Of a DNA stretch of 27,690 nt, positions 1 through 8,127 are shown one piece after another. Location: assembly GCA_043826455.1 (NCBI GenBank), contig JBDRQD010000018.1:1-27690 (forward strand), given 5' to 3'. Origin of the DNA: Candidatus Bathyarchaeota archaeon. GTDB taxonomy: Archaea; Thermoproteota; Bathyarchaeia; TCS64. How positions within the stretch are numbered: the first letter of the stretch is position 1; every line of letters starts with the position of its first letter. The notes below the pieces were generated by a model. The model was given only the letters and a program-made list of their open reading frames with translations. It was not told the DNA's origin and did not search any database. Both the position numbers and the translations under genes were made by a program.

Positions 1-492
1 TATCTGAAGGACTGGGTGGCGTCTGACCCCAGGCTCAGGGACGCCAAGATACTGAAGACGAACGGGGGCATCTGCCCCGTGTCGGGTCAGTTGGATAAGA
101 TTGTGGACGATGGCCTGATGCTGGTGGGGGACGCCGCGGGCGAGCTCATCCCGCTGCCGGGCGCGGGCATCCACAGCGGCATAGTGGCCGGTAAGTGGGC
201 GGGCAGCGTGGCCGCCGTGGCGGTGAAGGCCGGAGAGGTCTCGGCCAGGAGGCTGGGCGCCTACAAGGAGGAGTTTGACAGGTACGGGGGTAAGCGCATC
301 AAGGACAGTGGCAGGGTGCTGGAGATGCTGGACAAGTTCAGCGACGAGGACCTGAACATCTTGGCCCAGGTGATCACCAACGAGGACATTGTGTCCCTGA
401 CCAACGGCTTCAATGTGGCGGGGACCGTGGCCGGCCTGATTGCGAGGAGCCCCATGAAGATCATTAGGCTCATCAGGGCCAGCGTCAGTTAG
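1..492 (+). CDS. Geranylgeranyl reductase family FAD-dependent oxidoreductase, C-terminal part (5' truncated by window)
   Basis: Frame is open from base 1 (YLKDWVASDPRL...). Contains GG-x-C-P, LMLVGDAAG...P..G.GI..G...G (second FAD motif of DGGR family) and the helical tail L..Y...F. Confidence 0.85.
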   Translation, partial: YLKDWVASDPRLRDAKILKTNGGICPVSGQLDKIVDDGLMLVGDAAGELIPLPGAGIHSGIVAGKWAGSVAAVAVKAGEVSARRLGAYKEEFDRYGGKRIKDSGRVLEMLDKFSDEDLNILAQVITNEDIVSLTNGFNVAGTVAGLIARSPMKIIRLIRASVS

Positions 493-580
493 CTCGTTGG
501 GTGTCATCTTTTGAGTGGTGTCTTGAGTGGCGCCTATGTGGGTTGGGTTCTTGGGTTGAGGGGTGACCTCTAAGCATCAA

Positions 581-592
581 TATTTTTATTTG
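581..592 (+). promoter_or_regulatory. Putative TATA box of tRNA-Glu
   Basis: TATTTTTATTTG lies about 25-35 nt upstream of the tRNA 5' end. Confidence 0.45.
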
Positions 593-615
593 TGGTGCGC
601 TTTGTATGTGCGCGT

Positions 616-691
616 GCTCCCGTCGTCTAGTCCGGCCAAGGATGCGGGCCTCTCGAGTCCGAGATCCCGGGTTCAAATCCCGGCGGGAGCA
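616..691 (+). tRNA. tRNA-Glu (anticodon CTC), intronless, CCA not fully encoded
   Basis: Acceptor stem GCTCCCG/CGGGAGC plus discriminator A; D arm TAGTCCGGCCAAGGAT; anticodon stem CGGGC/GTCCG with loop CT-CTC-GA; T loop GGTTCAAATCC; followed by pyrimidine tract TTTCTTCTT. Confidence 0.97.
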
Positions 692-867
692 CCTTTCTTC
701 TTGTGTGTGGGTGGGGGGGAGGGGGGGTCCCACCGCCGCCACCGCGGTTCCCTGTTTTCAGGCCTGTTTTCGGCTTCAGAGCCTTTTTAGGGGTTCTTAG
801 GCGGTGGTGGTGGTCGGCGGTGGGTGGCGGTGTCCACCGTGTGGGTTCGTGTCGCATGGGTGTTGGG

Positions 868-2082
868 CTATTGTTCTGTGGTTGGTTCGTTTAGCTTGGT
901 GGTGTGCTCTTTTATTTTCTGGTTGAGGGTGTGGTAGTCTTTTTCGGTGATGAGGTTCTTCTTGTACTCGTTGATGGCTCGGTCCTTCATCCTCAGGAGC
1001 TCTGTTTCGCATTGGCGTGGGTCGGAGCGGTGGCGTTGGTAGATGTCGTCGGTGGCCTGCATGAGCTCGTTGAACAGTATGGCTCGTTTTCTGCGGTCGC
1101 CGCGGGCCTTGAGGGCCCAGCCGGCGCCGCCTGTGACGGCGCCGCCGATGGTGATAATGGTGGCGACGCGCTCTATGGAGAGAGGTGGGGCCGTCTGGGC
1201 AGGCTGCTGCTGTGTCTCCTGCTGCGGCTCCTGGGCCTCTGAGGTCGCTAACTCTAGGAGGCCCTTGGCCTTCTGGGCCGCTAACACTGCGAGGGGCTCC
1301 GCTGCGCCGAGCTCGCCTTCATTAAACTTGGCCCTGGCCTCGTTAAGCATGCTCTCGGGCTCAATTACATCGGCGTCCAGCGCCTTCGCCTGGTCAATTA
1401 TCAGCTGGGCCCCTGTGATGAGGTGTCCCACGTAGCCGGTGTGGGTGACGGCGACCCAGACGTCGTCAATATAGACGTTGGTGTTCGGCCCGCAGCCGAA
1501 GCCGATCCTGCCGGAGAGCACCGGCTCGGTCTCGTCCTCGTACTCAAACTTGAGTTCGTCGTCGACGTATACCCAGAGCATGTTTCCTACGCAGACGATC
1601 TTAACGGTGTACCATGTGTCGCTGCTGAAAGATGATCCAAATTTTGATAGGCAGATGGGCTCGGTCTCCCATCCAGGGGACTTGATGAGATCCATCTCAT
1701 TTAGGGAGAATCCGACACTGTATTCCTCCCCTGACTCCCCCCGTCTAACGGCTATTTTTACATCTTCGGGCGCATCCACGAGTTTAACCCTGACGATGAC
1801 CGTGTAGTCCGTCCAGTAGGGGGCCCCCGCCGCGACCCCCACGGTCCCCTTGACGCTGAGGACCTTGTTTCCGTCGTCGTCCAGCAGCTTCCAATAGGCG
1901 CCATAGGAGGCGTTAGGGCCGATGTTTAGTTCCCAGGCAGTCTCGTCCCATTCCTCGAAGTCGTCCTGGAAGATTGCGTAGGTGTGCTCTTCTCCGGGGG
2001 TGGTTGCGTAGGCTGTGGTGCAGGCTAGGATGAGAAGGACGGTGAGCGTCACATGATGCACGTTGTTTCCAGGCGTTTGCAC
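868..2082 (-). CDS. Membrane-anchored surface protein with concanavalin A/LamG (DUF1080-like) domain
   Basis: Probable GTG start at 2082 with GGAGG 9 nt upstream (the track ORF extends to 2220). Hydrophobic signal (VTLTVLLILACTTAYA); FQDDFE...W, WTDYTV.VRVK, WYTVKI...G..L.VYVDD, L.GRIGF, YIDDVWV; Q/P linker; TM helix; RDRRKR and a helical cytoplasmic tail. Confidence 0.8.
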   Translation of the reverse strand: MQTPGNNVHHVTLTVLLILACTTAYATTPGEEHTYAIFQDDFEEWDETAWELNIGPNASYGAYWKLLDDDGNKVLSVKGTVGVAAGAPYWTDYTVIVRVKLVDAPEDVKIAVRRGESGEEYSVGFSLNEMDLIKSPGWETEPICLSKFGSSFSSDTWYTVKIVCVGNMLWVYVDDELKFEYEDETEPVLSGRIGFGCGPNTNVYIDDVWVAVTHTGYVGHLITGAQLIIDQAKALDADVIEPESMLNEARAKFNEGELGAAEPLAVLAAQKAKGLLELATSEAQEPQQETQQQPAQTAPPLSIERVATIITIGGAVTGGAGWALKARGDRRKRAILFNELMQATDDIYQRHRSDPRQCETELLRMKDRAINEYKKNLITEKDYHTLNQKIKEHTTKLNEPTTEQ

Positions 2083-2228
2083 GCGTGGGTGCCTCCGAGG
2101 TTTACTATTGGTTATTCGTATGTCGCTTACGTATAGCTTTATGGTGGGGTTCAGGGGGTTTATTGTCGCGTTTTTAGCTCTATGTGAAGTATTAAATATG
2201 GCAGCCACATGATTGAACATTCATAATT

Positions 2229-2375
2229 ATGTTAAGAAAGGCGGTGGAGGACCTAAGCTACCTGCCTGAGCGGGAGTATAAGGAGAAAACGATCCTCCTC
2301 GTCATAAGAAGCCTCCTTAAAGACGATCCAGTGACCCTGGCCCAGCTAAACGAGGTCTTAAGAAAGGAGCAGTAG
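2229..2375 (+). CDS. Short 48-aa ORF or gene remnant (MLRKAVEDLSYLPEREYKEKTILLVIRSLLKDDPVTLAQLNEVLRKEQ)
   Basis: Translated by hand: ATG 2229, TAG 2373-2375. Protein-like helical composition, below the ORF-track length cutoff. Confidence 0.35.
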   Translation: MLRKAVEDLSYLPEREYKEKTILLVIRSLLKDDPVTLAQLNEVLRKEQ

Positions 2376-2535
2376 GAGCAGCCGCCAGATCACCGGCTTC
2401 CCGACCCCACACACCACCCCACCCAGCCAGATCATCAACAAATATCAGACATAAACACCTCCAACTAAACCACTGAGCAATGAAGGCGGGATCGGGAAGC
2501 ATTAATCTTAATAATAAAATTACAGTATTCTAACC

Positions 2536-3120
2536 ATGTCCAGAAACATCATGATTTTTATTGATGGTGGGTATGTACGAAGAAATTTAGAAGTGAATGA
2601 TTTAAACTGGGTGGTTGATTTATCCAAATTTAGTAACCGTGCGATTGATAGGTTATTTCCGCCTCCAAGAACTCAGAATGAAGATTATATAAGAACATAT
2701 TATTATGATGCTAATTATAGTAAAGATGATCCTAATTATGAACCACCCATTCATGATGAAAAATATTCAAAACGAAAAGAAATATTTGATGCTTATGATA
2801 AAACTGATAACGTAGAAGTCGTATTAGGAAGTTTAATTATATCAGGCAATAAGAAAGATAAAGATAGACAAAAACGCGTCGATACTAAAATTGCTATTGA
2901 TATGATATCAAAAGCATATATGAATCATTATGATATAGCTATTCTAGTTTGTGGAGATAGAGATTATATTCCCATTGTGAAGGCTGTAAAGAATCTAACC
3001 GGAAAACGTGTTTATGGTATATTTTTCCCGAATCATTGTCCAGATGATTTAATAAAATTATTTGATAGAAAATTAGATATTAATATTGGAGATGGAAAAC
3101 CATGGGGGATACGAACCTAA
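2536..3120 (+). CDS. NYN domain (LabA/DUF88, PIN-like) protein
   Basis: IFIDGGY, YYYD, QKRVD..IAIDM and ILVCGDRDYIP motifs, with the acidic residues retained. Very AT-rich. Confidence 0.9.
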   Translation: MSRNIMIFIDGGYVRRNLEVNDLNWVVDLSKFSNRAIDRLFPPPRTQNEDYIRTYYYDANYSKDDPNYEPPIHDEKYSKRKEIFDAYDKTDNVEVVLGSLIISGNKKDKDRQKRVDTKIAIDMISKAYMNHYDIAILVCGDRDYIPIVKAVKNLTGKRVYGIFFPNHCPDDLIKLFDRKLDINIGDGKPWGIRT

Positions 3121-3144
3121 CAATTCAAGTCAGACAAATATCAT

Positions 3145-3981
3145 TTAATTTTTTCTTAGAATTGTAATAAAGCCTAGTGATATATACAAACCTAATATTA
3201 AATTATTTATTGATATTAAATTATTATTAAATAATGGTCCTAAATATGCGTTAGGTCCAGCAGGCATTACTACATATTCACCAATAAGGGTAAGTTCAGG
3301 GGAATAATAATATATTACTCCCAATACAATCGTGCATATAATTAAAATTATCAATAATCCATTAAAAAAGGGTTTATTTTGGTTGTTACTTAATTTAATG
3401 GAATAAAATAATGAAATTATTACGGTTGAAAAAACAACATATATAATGTGCAAAATATTTGCTTTTAGAAATATAATATTATGAACCATAGTTAAAATGA
3501 TGGTCGAAACATCTTTTTCTATTTCAGCGGATAATATTTGCTGTGGATAAATCAAAATGTTAAAATTTTTTATTGAACCGATAAAACTTAAAAAAGTAAA
3601 ATATATCCAAATAAAAATGCAGAAAAACAACATGATATTATAACTATTTTTTATATTTAAGTATTGTTTCTCTAAATCATCCATATAAACTTTACCGCAT
3701 TCAATAAGATATAGTAATATCAGAAAAGATATCAACATCAATAAAAGTGAAAATATTGTATAAGTTGATAAAATAGTATTTTTTTCTAATAAATCAACTA
3801 ACATATCCGTACTTTCTAAATATGATTTCCCGATATAATAATTTAAAGTAATAATATTTTGATGAATCGTGTATAATTTTTCTAGTATGTATGCAAAAAA
3901 TAGGCTGATAAAAATAGATAAAACGTTATTATACGTATTTGAAACGATAATCGTTTTTTTAACTATCATATAAAATAACAT
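3145..3981 (-). CDS. Hypothetical multi-pass membrane protein (about 6 TM), AT-rich
   Basis: 278-codon ORF in AT-rich DNA where stops would be frequent; repeated I/L/F-rich segments; convergent with the NYN gene. Confidence 0.7.
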   Translation of the reverse strand: MLFYMIVKKTIIVSNTYNNVLSIFISLFFAYILEKLYTIHQNIITLNYYIGKSYLESTDMLVDLLEKNTILSTYTIFSLLLMLISFLILLYLIECGKVYMDDLEKQYLNIKNSYNIMLFFCIFIWIYFTFLSFIGSIKNFNILIYPQQILSAEIEKDVSTIILTMVHNIIFLKANILHIIYVVFSTVIISLFYSIKLSNNQNKPFFNGLLIILIICTIVLGVIYYYSPELTLIGEYVVMPAGPNAYLGPLFNNNLISINNLILGLYISLGFITILRKN

Positions 3982-4028
3982 ATTAATTTCTTTTATAAAA
4001 CATTAATTGCACAATCTGGTTCAAAATT

Positions 4029-4049
4029 AAGCCTTAACAGTTCTCATAC
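4029..4049 (+). repeat. Junction repeat A, copy 1 (AAGCCTTAACAGTTCTCATAC)
   Basis: 19/21 identical to 5039-5059; located at the right edge of the AT-rich block. Confidence 0.8.
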
Positions 4050-4098
4050 AGGCTCATGATGCGCTGCGAAGAATGCCCGCCCTAGCATGTATTTAGTT

Positions 4099-4899
4099 TT
4101 AATGTAGGATTTTCCAACCAACCCAGATAACTGCTGCGAAGAGGGAAGACACTGTGAGAGTAACGACCCAAGTGTCCACTGCTTTTCCACTCCACATATT
4201 GGTATCCACAAGTTCGTAATCATGAACCTCAACGTACAAGTGCGTCACACGACCATAGAAGTCAAAGTACACCTTAGTGCTGTTGAGGTGAGACTCCAAC
4301 AGCACACCAGTCTCCAGGTCATAGTAATCGTTCTTCGACCTGAACACAGTAAAGCTTCCCTGAGACAACATCCCACCAACCTCTCGCTCCCAGACTATGT
4401 GGTTCGCCGCTCTCCACGCCCCACCATAGACCTTCCTCACCGTCTCATTGACCCGCTGACTCCACGGGTACTCCCTGTTCTCATCATGTTCGTCGCATAA
4501 AACCAGGGCCTGAGGGAGCAGGTCTCCCCTTGTGAGGCCGCATGGGATGAAGAGGTCGTTGACTCTGAAGAGGGGATGAGCGTTGTGTGGCTTGGTGGGG
4601 TCGCCGCTGATAACTTGTTCAAACCTTATAGCTCCATTAGGGTCTACCCGCGTCTCCTTGAACGTGATGTTATTCAGTTGCTTGTCGAGAACCTCAATAA
4701 TCGTTACATACTCAACATCAACGTTGGAGGTGGCTTCTTCACCGATCAGGACTTGTCTAAAACGGGTTCTATATGTAGCTGCGTCACCTTGCTTGATTTC
4801 GATGTCATATGTTCCTGGTTTTGGGTTTAAGGCTAGGAATATGGATAGTATTATGATGAGGGCCGCCAGTCCGATGTATGAGCGCATGTTTTCATGCAT
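4099..4899 (-). CDS. Secreted/surface protein with N-terminal signal anchor and C-terminal TM helix
   Basis: Likely start ATG 4899 or 4887 (TATA-like CATATAT near 4924-4930; track start 4992). Signal RSYIGLAALIIILSIFLAL; beta-rich body with IKQGD.ATY and YYDLETGVLLE; ends LVDTNMW then TM helix and KILH. Confidence 0.75.
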   Translation of the reverse strand: MHENMRSYIGLAALIIILSIFLALNPKPGTYDIEIKQGDAATYRTRFRQVLIGEEATSNVDVEYVTIIEVLDKQLNNITFKETRVDPNGAIRFEQVISGDPTKPHNAHPLFRVNDLFIPCGLTRGDLLPQALVLCDEHDENREYPWSQRVNETVRKVYGGAWRAANHIVWEREVGGMLSQGSFTVFRSKNDYYDLETGVLLESHLNSTKVYFDFYGRVTHLYVEVHDYELVDTNMWSGKAVDTWVVTLTVSSLFAAVIWVGWKILH

Positions 4900-5038
4900 C
4901 AATATTTTCTCACTGCATCCAAGATATATGATAGCTCCCACACAATCCGGTTGCGCGCGGGTAAGTCCAGAAATCAATAGAAAATTAAACACAATATAAT
5001 GTGTGGATTCATCCCTCTCACATAACTCGTTTCGTATA

Positions 5039-5059
5039 AAGCATTAACAGTTCTCGTAC
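5039..5059 (+). repeat. Junction repeat A, copy 2 (AAGCATTAACAGTTCTCGTAC)
   Basis: Direct repeat of 4029-4049; overlaps the dyad AACAGT-N6-ACTGTT (5046-5063). Confidence 0.8.
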
Positions 5060-5108
5060 TGTTTCAGGTTTACATCATGAGCGGCTTAAATTCTAAGAAC
5101 TAGATGGA

Positions 5109-6533
5109 TTAAACTACTTGAGCCATTGGTTTACTCGGGTGTGCCCCTTTTTCTGCTGCGTAGACGGCGAGGGCGAGTGCCCAGAACCGGTCGTCGTGGG
5201 TCCCTGAGGCATGAGTGAGTGTAACTCTGCCGGTCTTAGTTAGCTCATACTGCTCAAGGTTAAGCTCGTCCAGGAGGCTCCTATCGAAGGGAATCCTGAG
5301 CACGCCCTCGGAGAGGCGCTGCCTCAGAATCTGAGCAGCCTCCTGCTTGACATCCTGAGTGAGGAAGACACCACGCGGGTCCTTTACGCCCGCCTCCTGC
5401 ATGTCCTTGATTATGTAGTCGCCGTGCTTTGTGGAGTCAACGTAGGTGGCGCGTACTCTGCTCCACCTCTCGCCGAGAACCTTCAGGTAGCCGATGCAGG
5501 CGGCCAGGCTAGTGCCGAGGGGGAACCTGTGCATCAGGGTTAGCGTCAGGGACGCGCCCTCTCTCCTCACCACGGCTATAGCCGTGTAATCCACGCGCTC
5601 GGCGAGATCCACGCCCACATAGAAGTCGCCTACATTCTTAACGTCGAAGCTCTCGTACTCCAACTCGTGACTGCAAGCCTTCGCCAGTAGGTCCTGGGTC
5701 AGCCAAGTGTCCGCCTCCTCCGCGAACTCCGCCTCGTACTCCATCCTGTATGTGAGGGGCAGCGTCTCCCGGGTGCGCTCCACCTCCTCCAGGAACTCGG
5801 GGCGGTAGAGACCCGCATCCACTGCGTCCCTCCACGTCGCGTGGTGCACCTCCCAGGCCGGGTCGTTGCTGACCCTGTAGAACTGGGTGTTCTTGCCCCA
5901 GGGCGTGCTGCTCACGATCATTTTTCCGCCAGTGGTGGCCAACATGGGTGTGAGGACATGCTGGAAGATGGCGTCGTCGTTTTGAAAGAAGGCTGCCTCG
6001 TCCAGGATGATGAGGTGCGCCGTGTAGCCGCGGAGCAGGTTCTCGCTGTTGGGCAGAGCCACTATCCTGCTCCCGTTCCTCAGATAAGTCATCGTCCTCA
6101 ACCTCCTCCTGAGGAACGCCGCCCTAACCTTCTTCGGCGCCCCGTCAATCAGCCCCTGGATCACATCGTTCAGTATCATGCTCTGCCTGCGGCTAGGAGC
6201 CACAATAAGAGTCGTGGTCGAGGCGTGGGAGACGGCGAACCAGACGGCGTAGGCTGCCAGGCTCAGGGTCTTCCCAGACTGCCGCGGCCAACGGATGATG
6301 ATCCGTTTGCTGCTCGAGTTAAGGAAGCGATGCTGGTAGGGAGTCGGCTTGATGCCGAGGACCAGTGAAGTGAACAACACGGGGTCACCGGATAAGCGCG
6401 CCAAGAACTCGGGGTCCAGCATGGCCTCCTCCACCAGGGACGGGTTCTCCCTGTGGAGCGCCAGCGCGTTCGACGGGTCCTCTAGGATGTAGGCTGTGAG
6501 GAGCCTGCGATCCTCGTCACTCAGCCTCATCAT
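5109..6533 (-). CDS. Phage terminase large subunit-like protein (Terminase_6-type ATPase + RNase H-like nuclease)
   Basis: Adenine-binding PTPYQ, Walker A WPRQSGKT, Walker B LIILDEAAF, motif III SSTP, YRMEYEAEF, nuclease acidic motifs VGVDLA, YVDST and HDDRFWALALA; GGAGG upstream of ATG. Confidence 0.92.
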   Translation of the reverse strand: MMRLSDEDRRLLTAYILEDPSNALALHRENPSLVEEAMLDPEFLARLSGDPVLFTSLVLGIKPTPYQHRFLNSSSKRIIIRWPRQSGKTLSLAAYAVWFAVSHASTTTLIVAPSRRQSMILNDVIQGLIDGAPKKVRAAFLRRRLRTMTYLRNGSRIVALPNSENLLRGYTAHLIILDEAAFFQNDDAIFQHVLTPMLATTGGKMIVSSTPWGKNTQFYRVSNDPAWEVHHATWRDAVDAGLYRPEFLEEVERTRETLPLTYRMEYEAEFAEEADTWLTQDLLAKACSHELEYESFDVKNVGDFYVGVDLAERVDYTAIAVVRREGASLTLTLMHRFPLGTSLAACIGYLKVLGERWSRVRATYVDSTKHGDYIIKDMQEAGVKDPRGVFLTQDVKQEAAQILRQRLSEGVLRIPFDRSLLDELNLEQYELTKTGRVTLTHASGTHDDRFWALALAVYAAEKGAHPSKPMAQVV

Positions 6534-7074
6534 CCGAGCCCTCCACCATTACACGGGTACGCCGCGGCCTGTACTTTGGCTGCCTCATCAATCGGATGCG
6601 CCGCGCACCGTACGTTCTCCGCCCGTCCCCCAGGTTCAGGCTGATGAACCTGGCCTTCAGGTCGTCCTCGTCCCCCAGCTGGTCCTCGCTCCCTTTCATC
6701 ACGCTGTTGATAATCGAGGTGTGGTTGCTCAGGGCGTTCATCAGCCTGTGCCTCTGCGCCTTGGAGAGGCTGGGGTTGTTCAGCTCCCGCCTGTACATCT
6801 CGAAGAGGCTCCAGTTGACCCTGAGGAGGTCGATCTTGTCCAGCTTCAGTGCGTCTTCGCGGGGCATCAGCTCGAAGGGGTTCCGGTAGCCCTCTCGGGC
6901 GCCCCCTACGACATGCGCGGTGTCTTGCTTGGCGAGCCCTAGCCGCCTAACCTTCCCGTCAACAGATGGGATGCTGCGCCCCAGCATCTCGGACAGAGCC
7001 CTGACGGAGGTTGACGGATAGTTCTCCCTGAGCAGGGACTCCTCCTCCTCGGTCCAGGGCCTCTCCTTAGACAT
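6517..7074 (-). CDS. Myb/HTH-like DNA-binding protein, candidate small-terminase equivalent
   Basis: N-terminal RPWTEEEESLLRENY...LSEMLGRS..SV..K.RRLGL; helical middle; Arg-rich C-terminus; overlaps terL start by 17 nt. The TerS role is inferred from position. Confidence 0.75.
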   Translation of the reverse strand: MSKERPWTEEEESLLRENYPSTSVRALSEMLGRSIPSVDGKVRRLGLAKQDTAHVVGGAREGYRNPFELMPREDALKLDKIDLLRVNWSLFEMYRRELNNPSLSKAQRHRLMNALSNHTSIINSVMKGSEDQLGDEDDLKARFISLNLGDGRRTYGARRIRLMRQPKYRPRRTRVMVEGSDDEAE

Positions 7075-7098
7075 CCCAAGGGAGACTCGAAAAGTCTG

Positions 7099-7132
7099 GA
7101 TTTAACCATTTTTAAGGGCTGGCATATAATGC
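7099..7132 (+). repeat. Bipartite repeat B, copy 1 (GATTTAACCATTTT-N10-CATATAATGC); minus strand contains a likely BRE/TATA for 7074
   Basis: The 14-bp and 10-bp blocks and their spacing are identical at 8203-8236. AAAATGGTTAAAT on the minus strand lies about 26-38 nt before ATG 7074. Confidence 0.75.
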
Positions 7133-7211
7133 TAATCCAACAGAATACAATAGCCTGTAAACCATATTTTCAGAGTAAAAACCAGAATTTGGTCCTAAGA
7201 GGGAGTAAACC

Positions 7212-7529
7212 TTAAACCCAGTTTTCCAGGAGCTTCACCGCCTCAAGGACATCACTAGCTGCTCCATCAGCCTGATCCGAGGGGACACCTTCCCTCACTA
7301 TCTGGATCGCCTTCATCCCATGCATCTTCGAGTTAGCTATATCCAGTACCGGGTTGTCCCCTATGACCACCGTCTCAGATGGCTCCACGTTAAGCCTGTC
7401 CAGTATAACCCTGTATATCTGCGGGTTAGATTTCTCGTACACAGCCTCGTAGCCCGTGCAGATGAAGCCCATGAGGCTCTCAACGTGAACCCAGCAGTGG
7501 GATATACTCTCCTTTTCCTTTCCCCGCAC
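7212..7529 (-). pseudogene. HAD-superfamily hydrolase, C-terminal fragment
   Basis: Has EKSNP.IY (motif III) and VIGDNPVLDI...GMKAI (motif IV). Motif I (DxD) and the cap domain are missing, and vapC ends 12 nt upstream, leaving no room for them. Confidence 0.7.
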
Positions 7530-7541
7530 GTGCGAGGCGGT

Positions 7542-7928
7542 CTAGATCATGATGGCGTCCTCTATGCCTGCGAAGTGGGGGTCTCCGGTTAGAACCTTGG
7601 CCCCGAGCCTCCGGGCGGTGGCGAGGACATAGGCGTCTGCGAGGCCGAAGTCGTGGACGGTTCGGCGGACCTCGGCGTGGAGGACGCCCGCCTGGTTGGA
7701 CAGTTGTTCGTCGGCGTCGACGACGGTTGAGTTGCCGTGGATGACGGCGTACGCTGTCTGGTGGTCTCTGCCGGTTCTAGCTGCTTTGCTGACGACCTCG
7801 GCGAGGGTGACGGCGGAGGTGTATACTTCGGCGTCTCCCTCCAGGATGGCCCTGAGTTTCTCCCCGCGGGGCGTGCCGTCCAGGTACTCGACCCAGGCGT
7901 ACGCGTCGGCGACGATCCGTTCACTCAT
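7542..7928 (-). CDS. vapC: VapC-type PIN-domain toxin
   Basis: IVADAYAWVEY, TLAEV, FGLADA, TGDPHF; 128 aa; overlaps the antitoxin stop by 8 nt. Confidence 0.9.
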   Translation of the reverse strand: MSERIVADAYAWVEYLDGTPRGEKLRAILEGDAEVYTSAVTLAEVVSKAARTGRDHQTAYAVIHGNSTVVDADEQLSNQAGVLHAEVRRTVHDFGLADAYVLATARRLGAKVLTGDPHFAGIEDAIMI

Positions 7929-8127
7929 GGGGCTTCAGCTCGTCGTCGGCGGTGAAGGGGCCGATGCCTCTGAGGGCGCCGAAGCCGTCTACGCGGAGCT
8001 TCTTTACTGTGATCTCTACGATCTCGCCCGCCCGGATCTTCTTGGCCTCGACGACGTCCTTGGGGAGGGTGACGATGAGCGATCCTCCGACCTTGCGGGT
8101 CTTCACCAGGGCGGTTGTGTTACTCAT
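7921..8127 (-). CDS. AbrB/MazE/SpoVT-family antitoxin
   Basis: KTRKVGGSLIVTLPK.V.....I..GE.VEI swapped-hairpin signature; 68 aa; upstream of the PIN gene. Confidence 0.9.
   Translation of the reverse strand: MSNTTALVKTRKVGGSLIVTLPKDVVEAKKIRAGEIVEITVKKLRVDGFGALRGIGPFTADDELKPHE

Noticed and set aside
5109..7074. Complete provirus
   Set aside because: No portal, capsid, tail, replication or integrase gene, and both flanks are core genes.
7207..7228. Possible further copy of repeat A (AAACCTTAAACCCAGTTTTC)
   Set aside because: Needs a gap and mismatches and lies in HAD coding sequence; probably chance.
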